Assembly (NCBI GenBank): GCA_963700055.1
Contig: CAVOWH010000004.1
Coordinates: 141,250 to 205,249 of the forward strand
Length of the DNA: 64,000 bases
DNA from: an uncultured delta proteobacterium
GTDB lineage: Bacteria > Desulfobacterota > Desulfobacteria > Desulfobacterales > SpSt-501
Direction: 5' to 3'
Part shown: piece by piece, positions 1 through 9,862 of the stretch
How the letters are laid out: each line of letters begins with the position of its first letter
How positions within the stretch are numbered: position 1 is the first letter of the stretch
Position numbers and translations under genes: made by a program
The notes under the pieces: generated by a model
The model's input: only the letters and a program-made list of their open reading frames with translations
Databases searched by the model: none
What the model was told of the DNA's origin: nothing

Positions 1-388
1 CTTCCGCCGCCTGCCGCAGGTCCGCTGGGCGACCGGCAAACTCGCGGGCAAGTGCACCTTCCACCGTGTTCGCAAAGCTTGCGATCAGCGGCGCGGCATC
101 CCGGAAATCCCTGAAGGAAACCCAGCCGGCTTCCTGAGATGCAAATGCCGGACACATCAGCAGGTACTTGCAAAGGATCACGCATACCGCAGCCGGCGGC
201 GGCCGTCCGTCGGGGGCGGAAACGGTATTGCAGGAAATAAGGTAATCCGTCCCCAGCAGAGGGATCACGGCTCCGCCTTCCCGGGTGGAGATCCCGAGAC
301 TTGCTTCGAGCCTTCTGAAATCGATGTCCGCGATCTCGGAAAGGTAGCGCTGACAGGTTTGCTCGAATACCGGGTTTTTCTGTTTCAT
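1..388 (-). CDS. DUF3786-family protein, 5' part (runs off left edge)
   Basis: Hand translation from ATG at 388 (RBS AAAGGTG): MKQKNPVFEQTCQRYLSEIADIDFRRLEASLG...VCVILCKYLLMCP...WVSFRDFRDAAPLIASFANTVEGALAREF, open to position 1. Not in the ORF track. The pattern matches DUF3786 proteins from memory. Confidence 0.7.
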   Translation of the reverse strand, partial: MKQKNPVFEQTCQRYLSEIADIDFRRLEASLGISTREGGAVIPLLGTDYLISCNTVSAPDGRPPPAAVCVILCKYLLMCPAFASQEAGWVSFRDFRDAAPLIASFANTVEGALAREFAGRPADLRQAAE

Positions 389-540
389 AAAACACCTTTC
401 GGCTCACGCGCGGCAGCGGGTCAACCCGTAAGAGCCCTTACAGGCAAACGGGGATGGTTGCAAGCCGGACACGGAGAGTTCAGGTTCGGTCGATGGGGCC
501 CGACCGGCGACGGCATTGACAAGCGGTGGTAGGCCAATTA

Positions 541-569
541 GTTTGATATTAAACCATTTGATATCGAAT
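541..569. promoter_or_regulatory. Two tandem imperfect palindromes, candidate MarR operators
   Basis: GTTTGATATTAAAC (541-554) and ATTTGATATCGAAT (556-569), about 40 nt upstream of the MarR gene, in the divergent intergenic region. Confidence 0.55.
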
Positions 570-607
570 TGATTATGGGAACGCGATTCCAAGGGACGAA
601 GCGGTAG

Positions 608-1033
608 ATGGAAAGCCTGAATGCCTACATCAAACTGATGCGGGCCGCCGACTCGGCCACCTCACGCATCCACCGCCATCTGGCCCCTGCCAAGCTGACC
701 GTCAGCCAGTTCGGCGTGCTGGAAGCCCTTTACCATATAGGACCACTCTGCCAACGCGAACTCGGTCAAAAAATCCTCAAGAGCAGCGGCAACATGACGA
801 CGGTCGTCGACAACCTGGAAAAAAGAGGGCTGGTCCTGCGCAAACGCTCGCTTCAGGACCGACGGTTGCTGCATGTGCATCTCACCGCCCAGGGTCACAA
901 GCTGATTGAAGGACTTTTTACTCGACACGCCGCACGCGTGGTCGAAGAAATGAGCGCACTGAACGCAGCCGAAATGGCGGAACTGGGAAGGCTATGCCGC
1001 AAACTCGGGCTTGGAAACGAAAAACCTGAATAA
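608..1033 (+). CDS. MarR-family transcriptional regulator (MhqR-like)
   Basis: 141 aa with LTVSQFGVLEALYH, SGNMTTVVDNLEKRGLV and DRR wing motifs. Confidence 0.92.
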   Translation: MESLNAYIKLMRAADSATSRIHRHLAPAKLTVSQFGVLEALYHIGPLCQRELGQKILKSSGNMTTVVDNLEKRGLVLRKRSLQDRRLLHVHLTAQGHKLIEGLFTRHAARVVEEMSALNAAEMAELGRLCRKLGLGNEKPE

Positions 1034-1064
1034 CAACCCTTATAGCGAATGAAGGAGCACAACC

Positions 1065-1736
1065 ATGACTGCGAAAGATAAAAGCGTTACGCAAAACACC
1101 TCCGTCCATAGTCTCTTGACCCCTGATAATTGCACCTTGATCTTCATCGACCATCAGCCTCAGATGCTCTTCGGCGTGACCAACATCGAACGCCAGGTCC
1201 TGGTCAACAACGTCGTGGGGCTGGCTAAGGCCGCCAAGGTTTTCAAAGTTCCCACGATTCTCACCACGGTGGAAACCGAAAGCTTCAGCGGGTACATTTG
1301 GCCCCAGTTGCTGCGAGTCTTCCCCGACTCAAAACCGATCGAGCGATCCAGCATGAACTCCTGGGAGGATTCTAAATTCGTTGCGGCGGTGGAGCGCATC
1401 GGCCGCAAAAAACTTGTAATCGCAGCCCTGTGGACAGAAGTCTGTCTGGCTTTCCCCGCAATCGACGCCCTGCGCGCCGGCTACGAAGTGTATGCCGTGG
1501 TGGATGCCTCCGGCGGCATGAGCAAAGAGATCCACGACACCGCCGTGCTACGCTTGCTCCAGGCCGGGGTCGTGCCCCTGACATGGGTCCAGGTGATGCT
1601 GGAGTGGCAGCGCGACTGGGCGCGCAAGCAGACCTATGATGCCGTGATCGACATTGTTAAAGAGCACTGCGGAGCCTATGGATCCGGTGTCGAATACGCG
1701 TACACCATGGTTCACAAGCAACCGCAGTCCAAATGA
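1065..1736 (+). CDS. Isochorismatase-family cysteine hydrolase (YcaC-like)
   Basis: LIFIDHQPQM, ERSSMNSWED and ALWTEVCLAFPA motifs; RBS AAGGAG. Confidence 0.92.
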   Translation: MTAKDKSVTQNTSVHSLLTPDNCTLIFIDHQPQMLFGVTNIERQVLVNNVVGLAKAAKVFKVPTILTTVETESFSGYIWPQLLRVFPDSKPIERSSMNSWEDSKFVAAVERIGRKKLVIAALWTEVCLAFPAIDALRAGYEVYAVVDASGGMSKEIHDTAVLRLLQAGVVPLTWVQVMLEWQRDWARKQTYDAVIDIVKEHCGAYGSGVEYAYTMVHKQPQSK

Positions 1737-1747
1737 GGAGCCAATCG

Positions 1748-2611
1748 ATGAACGACACCCGTAAAATCCGCAAAACTTACAAAAGCCAACCCACCATCGA
1801 AGGCGGCGGCGTCCATCTGCGGCGGTCCTTCGGTTTCGACGAGGTCCCGTTGTTCGACCCCTTTCTCATGCTGGACGATTTCCGCGGGGATAAACCCGAG
1901 CAGTACATCAAGGGTTTCCCCTGGCACCCGCACCGCGGCATCGAGACCATCACCTACATGCTGCACGGCGAAGTCGAGCACGGCGACAGTCTGGGAAACA
2001 AGGGGGTGATCCATCCCGGCGACGTGCAGTGGATGACGGCCGGCAGCGGCATCATCCATCAGGAGATGCCCAAGGGTGACCCCAAAGGCCTGATGGGAGG
2101 ATTCCAGCTCTGGGCCAACCTTCCCGCGGCCCAAAAGATGATGGACCCGCGCTACCGGGATGTGAAGGCGGCGCAAATCCCGGTGGTCGCATTGAAAAAC
2201 GGGGTTCAGGTCCGGGTGGTCTGCGGCGACGTCGGGGGCGTGAAAGGCCCTGTTCAGGGCATCGTCATCGACCCGCAGTATCTGGACGTCTCAGTCCCGT
2301 CCGCTTCCGAGTTCATCCAAGACATTCAACGCGGGCACACGGCATTTGCCTATGTTTTCGAGGGCAACGGCCAGTTCGATGGCCAACAGAGCAAACCCGT
2401 GGCAAGTGAACACCTGATTCTGTTTTCAGACGGTGATCGGGTGAAGGTGAACACGGGCGAGAAACCGGTCCGGTTCCTGCTGATTTCAGGCAAGCCGATC
2501 GGAGAGCCGGTGGCCTGGCGCGGACCCATCGTGATGAACACCCAGGCCGAGTTGAAGGTCGCCTTCGAGGAATACAGCAAGGGCACGTTCATCAAACACC
2601 GGCGCAATTGA
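1748..2611 (+). CDS. Pirin-family protein
   Basis: DPFLMLDDF, FPWHPHRGIETITY, QWMTAGSGIIHQE and GPIVMNT. Start placed at ATG 1748 after RBS GAGGAG (the ORF track starts at 1733). Confidence 0.95.
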   Translation: MNDTRKIRKTYKSQPTIEGGGVHLRRSFGFDEVPLFDPFLMLDDFRGDKPEQYIKGFPWHPHRGIETITYMLHGEVEHGDSLGNKGVIHPGDVQWMTAGSGIIHQEMPKGDPKGLMGGFQLWANLPAAQKMMDPRYRDVKAAQIPVVALKNGVQVRVVCGDVGGVKGPVQGIVIDPQYLDVSVPSASEFIQDIQRGHTAFAYVFEGNGQFDGQQSKPVASEHLILFSDGDRVKVNTGEKPVRFLLISGKPIGEPVAWRGPIVMNTQAELKVAFEEYSKGTFIKHRRN

Positions 2612-2669
2612 TCGGTGCGGCGGATTTTGGATTCGTGATCGCTGGATCATCGAGGGTTCGAGATCAGAC

Positions 2670-3617
2670 ATGGTTTTGGTAACTGGCGGAACGGGACTTG
2701 TCGGCCGCGAGCTTGTGAGGCGGCTGGTGGAGCAGGGACAGCGCGTGCGGGTGCTGAGCCGCCAGCGGGAGAGCGCTGGGGCAGAGCTTTTCATCGGCGA
2801 CATCACCAGCTCCGAAGCCGTGGAGGCGGCGATGGAGGCCGTAAAGACGGTATATCATCTGGCCGCACGGGTCGACCATTTCGCAACGGCAGCCGAACTG
2901 CATCGCACCAATGTGCTTGGCACCGCCCACGTGGTGCGAGCGGCTTTGAAGCATGGCGTTCAGCGGCTGATCCACTGCAGCACGGTTTCAGCTGAAAAAG
3001 GCGGCGGCACCACGGCATACGGTCAATCCAAAATCAAGGCGGAAGCAGAGCTGCGTGCTTTGTGCGATCGACTGCCCTGGGTGATCGTCCGTCCCGGCCC
3101 CGTATATGATGCCGAGCGACACAACCTGAGGAAGGCCGTTCGGTTCGCTCATCGTTTTCGCATTTTTGGCCGATTGGTGCCTGACACGACCGTCCATCTG
3201 GCCAGCCGAACCAACGTCGTGAACGCAATGCTATTGGCAGAGGGAAAAGGCATACCGGGCCGAGCTTATGCAATCTGTGACAGCAAACCGGTGCAACGTT
3301 CCCTTTTATCTGAGATCATCTGCGAAAGAACCCGGGCGGTCCCGATCCCGATTCCCGTCCGGGTGGCATCCCCCATCTTTTACGCAGTTTCGGGTTGCAT
3401 GGAGGCCGCGGCCAGAATGCGTCGCACCAGGCCGCAGTTGAACCGGAACTACCTGCGGATGCTTGCGCGGAGGCGTGAATACGATATCGGACCGGCGATC
3501 GAAGACTTGGGGTATGAGCCGGCCCCGACGGAAATTGATTTCGCGCAGGCCGTGGACTTATGCCTGAGCGCCTTTACCTATCAGTCGCCAGGCCTGGGCC
3601 ATTCGCATCACCGATGA
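2670..3617 (+). CDS. NAD-dependent epimerase/dehydratase (extended SDR)
   Basis: VTGGTGLVG Rossmann motif, YHLAA, YGQSK catalytic YxxxK and VRPGPVY. Confidence 0.88.
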   Translation: MVLVTGGTGLVGRELVRRLVEQGQRVRVLSRQRESAGAELFIGDITSSEAVEAAMEAVKTVYHLAARVDHFATAAELHRTNVLGTAHVVRAALKHGVQRLIHCSTVSAEKGGGTTAYGQSKIKAEAELRALCDRLPWVIVRPGPVYDAERHNLRKAVRFAHRFRIFGRLVPDTTVHLASRTNVVNAMLLAEGKGIPGRAYAICDSKPVQRSLLSEIICERTRAVPIPIPVRVASPIFYAVSGCMEAAARMRRTRPQLNRNYLRMLARRREYDIGPAIEDLGYEPAPTEIDFAQAVDLCLSAFTYQSPGLGHSHHR

Positions 3618-4124
3618 ATACGTTCCCACCCCGGCGAGAACGACCATGGCTTCATTGATCCTCATCGTGAAGCACGCCAGCACGATCAGGGCGATCCGGA
3701 CCGCCCGAAAGCTGAATTTCTCGCCCACCCGCGACCGGGTCGCGGCTTCGATGCAGGCGCTGATATACGATGCCAGCATGACGGCCAGCAGGGCGTAAAG
3801 CCCCCAGAGCCCGGTGTGCCCCGCCGCAATAAAGGATCCCAGCAGCGCAAAATCGCTGATGCGGTCCGAGACTCGATCTAGCAGCGCCCCGAACGCCGTA
3901 GCCCTATTCGTGGCTTTGGCCACAGCTCCGTCCAAAATATCCAGTCCGCCGGCCAGAATAATCAGGATGCCTGCAGTCACCAGAAAATCGGCCAGCACAA
4001 GCCCGGCTGCCGCCACGGTGACGGCAAGGGCGCATACCGTGATGACGTTCGGGTGGACCCGCACGTGTTTGGCAAAAGGCATGAGCCAGTGTTCGAGGGC
4101 CAGCTTGATGCTCAAGGCGTCCAT
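3558..4124 (-). CDS. CDP-alcohol phosphatidyltransferase family protein
   Basis: HPNVIT and DILDGAVAK...GALLDRVSDRISD signature; AGGAGG RBS before ATG 4124. Confidence 0.88.
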   Translation of the reverse strand: MDALSIKLALEHWLMPFAKHVRVHPNVITVCALAVTVAAAGLVLADFLVTAGILIILAGGLDILDGAVAKATNRATAFGALLDRVSDRISDFALLGSFIAAGHTGLWGLYALLAVMLASYISACIEAATRSRVGEKFSFRAVRIALIVLACFTMRINEAMVVLAGVGTYSSVMRMAQAWRLIGKGAQA

Positions 4125-4166
4125 GATGCCTCCTCTGCAGCAGCTGATGACCAACGGTCCCTTCAG

Positions 4167-4526
4167 CTACCACAACCGAATGTATTTCTTGCCGTCCCTG
4201 AGCTCGCCGCGGACCTTTTCCATGTGCCGCAAGGCGGCGATCTCGCGCTCGAGGTCCATGGGCGAGAGGTTCAGCCGCTCCACCAGATGCTCGGGCAGCA
4301 CGCCGCCGGTTTCCTGCAAGATCTCCAGTATTTTTTGCTGTAGCTCCGTCAGCTCGAACCTGCCGCCAAGCTCCTTGCCCAAGGTCTTGGCGCTGTGCAC
4401 CGCCCAGGGGTCGCAGGTTTTCGCCGGTGACAGCGCATCCATGTAACAGTCCTCGCAAAGAGTCCGGCCGAGGTGCTCCTGCTCTTCGCCCTCAGGAATC
4501 GTTGTTTCGCAACGCGCGCATTTCAT
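4167..4526 (-). CDS. Small Zn-finger (CxxC...CxxC) plus winged-helix hypothetical protein
   Basis: MKCARC...LCEDCYMD...CDPWAV N-terminus and wHTH-like C-terminus. Start moved to ATG 4526. Confidence 0.7.
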   Translation of the reverse strand: MKCARCETTIPEGEEQEHLGRTLCEDCYMDALSPAKTCDPWAVHSAKTLGKELGGRFELTELQQKILEILQETGGVLPEHLVERLNLSPMDLEREIAALRHMEKVRGELRDGKKYIRLW

Positions 4527-4701
4527 GGTTTTTCCCCCCGGCTTAAGGTTGATGAACTCGTAAAAATTCATCCGAATCGATGACTTCGTAAAGAGGCCAA
4601 GATCAAGGCGCGCGAATCGCGTGTCGCGAGGCGTACTGGCATTACGCCGCAGCGGCAGCGAGATGAAGCGCAACGCAGAGATTGGGCTATTTAGGAAGTC
4701 A

Positions 4702-5592
4702 TCAAGGTTTGATATGCCGCTCGCTGCGATAGGTGGCGATGATTCCCGCCGAACACGTCAAAACAGCGCCGACCAGAGTCAGCGTATCCAGGGTCTCGCC
4801 CCAGAAAATCCATCCCAGCAGGGCGGCAAAGACCACGTTCCCGTAGCTGAATGGCCCCACTTGGCCGGCCGGTGCCAGGCTGTAGCCCTTGGTGAGGCAT
4901 GTCTGAGCCATGATCGCCAGCACCCCCATCGCACAAAGCACCCACAGCAGGGGACCTTCAGGGTTTTCCCACGCCCATGCGAGGGGGATGGCTGAAACGA
5001 GGGTCCCGAACACGGTGAAATAGAAAACGACGCGCACGACCGGCTCTGTCACAGTCATGCGACGGATGCCAACTATGGCGAGTGCCGCGAGCAGGCCGCT
5101 GGCAAGCCCCACGAGCCCGGCCGCTTGAAACAGGCCGAAACCCGGCTTGAGCACCAGGGCGATGCCGATGAACCCCACCATCACCGCGATCTTTGTCTGC
5201 CGGCTGACCGGCTCCTTCAGCCAGAACCATTCGATGATCGGGATGAAGATCGGCAATGTGTAGCAGAGCAGCATGGCATCGGCAAGCCGCAACAGTTTCA
5301 ATGCGATGAAAAAGCAGTACATAGCGCTCAAACCGGCCGCGGCGCGCAGCAGGTGCAGGTGAAGACAGTTTGTTTTGAGGCCCACTTTCTGGTGGCGGAT
5401 CAGGAGCCAAGGCAGGAGGAACGCCATAGCCACTACATTGCGGGAAAAAACGATGACCTCGGTGGGCAAATCAGCCGATGCAACCTTCACGAGCGCCCCG
5501 ACCCCGGCGAACAGCAAGGCCGATGTGAGCACCAGCAGCCCGCCCGCAACCGGGCGGCTGCGGCGGGTGGTGTGCAATGTCAGCGGTTCCAT
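4702..5592 (-). CDS. DMT/EamA-family transporter
   Basis: About 10 TM segments in two EamA repeats; last gene of the co-directional catabolic cluster. Start placed at MEPLTLH (5592). Confidence 0.88.
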   Translation of the reverse strand: MEPLTLHTTRRSRPVAGGLLVLTSALLFAGVGALVKVASADLPTEVIVFSRNVVAMAFLLPWLLIRHQKVGLKTNCLHLHLLRAAAGLSAMYCFFIALKLLRLADAMLLCYTLPIFIPIIEWFWLKEPVSRQTKIAVMVGFIGIALVLKPGFGLFQAAGLVGLASGLLAALAIVGIRRMTVTEPVVRVVFYFTVFGTLVSAIPLAWAWENPEGPLLWVLCAMGVLAIMAQTCLTKGYSLAPAGQVGPFSYGNVVFAALLGWIFWGETLDTLTLVGAVLTCSAGIIATYRSERHIKP

Positions 5593-5687
5593 GGATGGTG
5601 ATCTCAAATTCTTGTGGGCTTTAAGCCTCGATGATCGCGGCTGGAAGGCCGCTCCCACGGGAAAAATCTAAACTTCATTTTAAGCTT

Positions 5688-7094
5688 TCACAGCCCGTCA
5701 CCAGCCAGGGTGGCCAGGAAAACCGGCTTTACAGGCATGCGCACGGATGGAAGGGGAATGTGGGCGAGCGGCTTCCCGGTGAGTGCCGCCAGCACGTCCA
5801 AGAGTATCGTCTTGCACGTGCTGCCCTGGCAGATCCCCATCCCGCAGCGGGTGGCCTTCTTGACGGCGGCCGGCGCCTCGAACCCCTCGGCGACCGCCCG
5901 GCGGATGTCGCCCAGATCTACTTCCTCGCAGCGGCAGACGGGCACCTCGTCGGGCAGGCTGCGAATCCAGCCGGCCATGTATTGCGGTGTAAAGGAATGC
6001 TGGGAATTGAAATAGCGCGCAAACGCCATCTGCCGCTGCCGCGCCTTCTTGAGAGCGGAGACTTCTGCTTTCATTTCATCTGGTTTCAGCAGACCCAGCC
6101 GCCGCAAGATCCCAAGGCCGGCCAGGCGGCCTTCGGTCAGGGACTTGGCCGCTCCACCGATAGCGGTGATCTCGCCGGCGGCGTACATTCCGTCGACGCT
6201 GGTTTCGAGGTCCTCATTCACCTTCACGACCCAGCCGCCCAGCTGCGGATTAAACGCCAATCCGCAGCCGGCAACCTGAGCCAACTCGACGTTGGCGGTG
6301 AAGCCGAACCCCACGGCAAGGCAGCCGGCGCTGTAAGCCGTCTCGCTGCCGCGAATCACCCCTCCGGCATGGTCGACGCGGGCCGCCACCACCTCGCGCA
6401 GGCCGCCGTCTCCCCGCGCCTCGATGATGCGGATGCCGCCACACAGGGCGGTTCCTGCCAGCCGCAGCCGTGCGAGCATGGCGCCGCCCTGGGCGAACCT
6501 GGCGAACTGCCCGGACAGAAGGTCTGGCGCCGGCATCCGCTTGATAAAGCGCATCTCGTCCAGCACGGCAGGCACCCGTCCGCCGTTTTTCTGGATGTCC
6601 CGGGCAACGGCGGTCAGGAAGAGCCCCGCGCCGGCCACCAGCGTCTCCCTCGCCGGAAGGATGCCGGACTGTTTGATGAGGATCTGGACGGCGCCGGTGG
6701 CCATTACCCCGGGAAGCGTCCAGCCTTTGAAAGGGACGAACCGCTCCCTGCCGCCGGTAGCCAGCAGGATGCAATCGCATTGGATGCTCGCAATCCCGCC
6801 GTTTCCATCCGCAACCAGGAGCCCGGAACCGGCTTCGATGCCAAGCACCTCCGCACGGTTTAGGATTTCGACGGAGGATTCGGGCAAGCGCTTGATCAGG
6901 TTCAGCCCCCGGTGCCTGGCCGTGTCGATCCAGGATTGCCCCGCCCGCCTTCCACCGCGCAGATACTGGCCGCCCAGGCGCAGGTTGTCGTCCAGCACCA
7001 GCACGTTGATCCCATGGCGTCCCAGCGCATCGGCCGCGGCGACACCGGCAATCCCGCCGCCGACGATGGCGACATTCACGCGCTTAGCGGCCAT
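5688..7094 (-). CDS. FAD/NAD(P) oxidoreductase with C-terminal BFD-like [2Fe-2S] domain (HcnB/OoxA-like subunit)
   Basis: IVGGGIAG, LLATGGRERFVPFKGWTLPGVM, VCRCEEV and KKATRCGMGICQGSTC. Confidence 0.9.
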   Translation of the reverse strand: MAAKRVNVAIVGGGIAGVAAADALGRHGINVLVLDDNLRLGGQYLRGGRRAGQSWIDTARHRGLNLIKRLPESSVEILNRAEVLGIEAGSGLLVADGNGGIASIQCDCILLATGGRERFVPFKGWTLPGVMATGAVQILIKQSGILPARETLVAGAGLFLTAVARDIQKNGGRVPAVLDEMRFIKRMPAPDLLSGQFARFAQGGAMLARLRLAGTALCGGIRIIEARGDGGLREVVAARVDHAGGVIRGSETAYSAGCLAVGFGFTANVELAQVAGCGLAFNPQLGGWVVKVNEDLETSVDGMYAAGEITAIGGAAKSLTEGRLAGLGILRRLGLLKPDEMKAEVSALKKARQRQMAFARYFNSQHSFTPQYMAGWIRSLPDEVPVCRCEEVDLGDIRRAVAEGFEAPAAVKKATRCGMGICQGSTCKTILLDVLAALTGKPLAHIPLPSVRMPVKPVFLATLAGDGL

Positions 7095-7374
7095 CGGTGA
7101 GGACCTCCATGCCCGCGCGCACCTCGGTCATGCAGGCGCGCTGGTCCGGCCGCCCATCCACGGTCACCCGGCACTCCTGACAGACTCCCATTCCGCAAAA
7201 ACCACCCCTGGCGGTTTTTGTTGGACTTCTAAATGAATGCCTTAACGTCCGGACACCAGCGGCCAGCAAGGCTGCGAAAAGGGTTTCGCCGCAGCAGGCC
7301 TCAACCGGCTTTCCATTCACCCGAATCGCCACTCGCTTCCCGCGCCTCCGGTTCTTGATTCTCAAATCGTTCAT
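7084..7374 (-). CDS. Small [2Fe-2S] subunit (HcnA-like)
   Basis: GETLFAALLAAG and FCGMGVCQECRV...RAC; overlaps both neighbouring genes. Confidence 0.9.
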   Translation of the reverse strand: MNDLRIKNRRRGKRVAIRVNGKPVEACCGETLFAALLAAGVRTLRHSFRSPTKTARGGFCGMGVCQECRVTVDGRPDQRACMTEVRAGMEVLTDGR

Positions 7375-8558
7375 GCCGCACCCTGTCGAAAACGCTCCAG
7401 CCGGAAGGCGTCCAGCGGGAGCTGCGTCCGGCCCGTGGCGATCAGATCGGCAATGAGCTCGCCGGTGATGGCTGATAGCGCGATGCCGTCGCCCTCGTGG
7501 CCGGCCGCCATGATGAAGCCTTCCAGCCCCGCCACCTTCCCCAGGATCGGCAGACCGTCCGGCGTGTAGGGCCGAAGACCTCCGAAGGTGCGGATCACCG
7601 GCACGCGGTCAAGGGCCGGAATAACCGGGACGATGCGCCGGGCGATCGTGCGGATGCCCTCGAAGGTGGTGCGGCGGTCGAAGCCCACGAACTCGCGGGT
7701 CGATCCGATCAGGATGTTGCCGCTGTCCGCCTGCTCGAGCGAAAATCCCGTCCCGCCCCTTTCGGCGAGCTCCGGCTTGAACTTGGCGGCCACATATTGA
7801 GCGGAGATCAAACAGTGCCGCAGCAGCGGCGGCACTGCCGCCGTGACCAGGATCTGTCCGCGCCGCGGCGTGATCGGGATTTCCAACCCCGCCATCCGGC
7901 CGACCTCGGCCGCCAGCGCCCCCGCCGCGTTGACGACAACGGGCGCGCTGATGCGACCGTTATCGGTAAAGACCCCTGTGGCTTTACCCGCAGTCTTCTC
8001 GATCCCCTTGACCTCCACCCCCGTCAAAATCTGCGCCCCCGCGGATTTTGACGCAACCAGGAATGCGAACGTGAGCGCATACGGGTTCACCTGGGCGTCC
8101 AGCGCCGAATAGGTCGCTGCGATCACCTTCTCCGACAGACACGGCTCGCGCCGCCGGGCCTCGGAGCCTTCGATCAACTCCACAGCGAGGCCGTTTTGGC
8201 GCTGTTCCTCAACGAAAAGGCGCATGACGGCAAGTTCCGCTTCGCTTTCGATCAGGCACATGCCGCCCGGGTTCCTGAATTCGATGCTTTTCCCAAGGGT
8301 AGCGACCAGACCCTCGAAACGCCTGCGGCTTTGCAGGGCGAGCTTCAGGTGCAGACCGGGTTTCTTCGACTGCATGAACACGAGCCCGTCGCAGGCCCCT
8401 GAGCTGCCGGCGGCTGGATCGCTCTTTTCGATGAGCAGCGGCTTGATCCCATGGCGGGTGAGATGAAACGCAATGGAAGTGCCGATGACACCGGCGCCGA
8501 TGATGACGGCATCTGCCGTATGGGGGATTGACGAAGCGTTGTTCGGTTGAGTCATCAT
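7371..8558 (-). CDS. FAD-dependent D-amino-acid-oxidase-family subunit (HcnC/OoxB-like)
   Basis: IIGAGVIG, VVNAAG, PRRGQIL, GLRPYTPDGLPILG and GHEGDGI (the GHEGxG motif is typical of this subgroup). Confidence 0.9.
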   Translation of the reverse strand: MMTQPNNASSIPHTADAVIIGAGVIGTSIAFHLTRHGIKPLLIEKSDPAAGSSGACDGLVFMQSKKPGLHLKLALQSRRRFEGLVATLGKSIEFRNPGGMCLIESEAELAVMRLFVEEQRQNGLAVELIEGSEARRREPCLSEKVIAATYSALDAQVNPYALTFAFLVASKSAGAQILTGVEVKGIEKTAGKATGVFTDNGRISAPVVVNAAGALAAEVGRMAGLEIPITPRRGQILVTAAVPPLLRHCLISAQYVAAKFKPELAERGGTGFSLEQADSGNILIGSTREFVGFDRRTTFEGIRTIARRIVPVIPALDRVPVIRTFGGLRPYTPDGLPILGKVAGLEGFIMAAGHEGDGIALSAITGELIADLIATGRTQLPLDAFRLERFRQGAA

Positions 8559-8691
8559 TCAGAGAAGACCCTTCGGCTCAACGCCGACGAACGCCTGAAA
8601 CTTCTGCCACACGGATCACCACCCGCAGAAAAATTGCTCTGCTCATACCTACCTCGATGGCCCCCAATACCCGGCCAACCAGCGCGATATC

Positions 8692-9816
8692 TCAGATCTT
8701 CACATAATCCTTGGTGTATCTTTTTAGCTTCTCTTCATCGAGCTCGACGCCGAGGCCGTTTCCCACTGGCACGCGCACAGTCGCCCCATGGATGTTCTGG
8801 GCGAAATCCGTCACGTCATCCGACATTCTGACGACCGAGCCAAAAGCGTGACCTATTTCGATCAAATTGGGCAGGGTACACCCCACCTGAAGCAAAGCCG
8901 CCTGGGTGATTCCGAATTCAAACATACTGTTCATGAGGCATTGGATCCCGAAGGTCTCGGCCGTTTGAGCGATCTGTTTGGACTTGAGCAGGCCGCCATT
9001 CTTAGACGCCTTGATGCTGAAGACATCCGCCGCTCGATGCCGGATGAGTTCGGCGGCGTCCGGCGGGGTGACCAAGGCTTCGTCGGCACTCACCCGGCAG
9101 CAAGCCCGGTCCCGAATACGCCGGAGCCCCGAAATGTTCCAACGCCTTACAGGTTGCTCAATCAGATCCGGAGGAAAGTCCCGGGTTGCCTCTATGAACG
9201 CTAGTGCCTCGAACTCTTCCCAGCCTTGGTTTGCGTCCACCACCAGCGCAATCTCGTCCTTGCAATATTTTCGAGCGGAGATCAGGCGTTGAATTTCAGC
9301 GGAGATCGGCAAGCTGCCCATCTTGATCATGATTGTCCGGCAACCCCGCTGCCGGAGTTCTTCGATCGCGGCCAAGTCCTCTTTCGGCGTTCCGCTTCCG
9401 ATTCCCCATAGAATGGGCAGCTCCGCATGGTAAAGGCCTCCCAGCAACGCATGCGCCGGCATTCGCAAAGCCTTTCCGAGAATGTCATAAAACGCCATGT
9501 TGATGGCGCCTCGTGCGGTCGGGTGGCCTTGTATCGATTGGTCTAGCGTGCGCTCGGTAGCGGGAATTCGAGAAGGGTCGCATCCCAGGATGAGGGGGGC
9601 GATCATTTCCCGGGTGACGCTCATGACGGTGCCGGGAGTCTCTTCGGTAAACGGGTTCATGGGGTTGGCTTCCCCCAAGCCTACAATCCCCTCATTGGTG
9701 TGCAATTTAAAGACGACGGCATGGGCATCATGCAGTGTGCCGTAAGCCTTGGACAAATGGTAGGGTTTTGCAAAGGGGATGGCGATGTGAAAAAGCTCGA
9801 TACCTGTGATTTTCAT
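8692..9816 (-). CDS. Enolase-superfamily enzyme, muconate-lactonising subgroup (racemase/epimerase/dehydratase)
   Basis: GIVGLGEA; metal ligands in VVDANQG, IEQPV and ADEAL; IKASKNGG. Start placed at MKITGIELF (9816). Confidence 0.88.
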   Translation of the reverse strand: MKITGIELFHIAIPFAKPYHLSKAYGTLHDAHAVVFKLHTNEGIVGLGEANPMNPFTEETPGTVMSVTREMIAPLILGCDPSRIPATERTLDQSIQGHPTARGAINMAFYDILGKALRMPAHALLGGLYHAELPILWGIGSGTPKEDLAAIEELRQRGCRTIMIKMGSLPISAEIQRLISARKYCKDEIALVVDANQGWEEFEALAFIEATRDFPPDLIEQPVRRWNISGLRRIRDRACCRVSADEALVTPPDAAELIRHRAADVFSIKASKNGGLLKSKQIAQTAETFGIQCLMNSMFEFGITQAALLQVGCTLPNLIEIGHAFGSVVRMSDDVTDFAQNIHGATVRVPVGNGLGVELDEEKLKRYTKDYVKI

Positions 9817-9862
9817 TGTCCAGCCCCCCCTTGATCCGGAGCGCACCCTCGCAAGATCCTCA

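Noticed and set aside
5688-8558. Naming the trio hcnABC or soxBDA
   Set aside because: The family is shared by HCN synthase, opine oxidase and proline/Hyp dehydrogenases, and the context does not favour HCN synthesis. No symbol was assigned.
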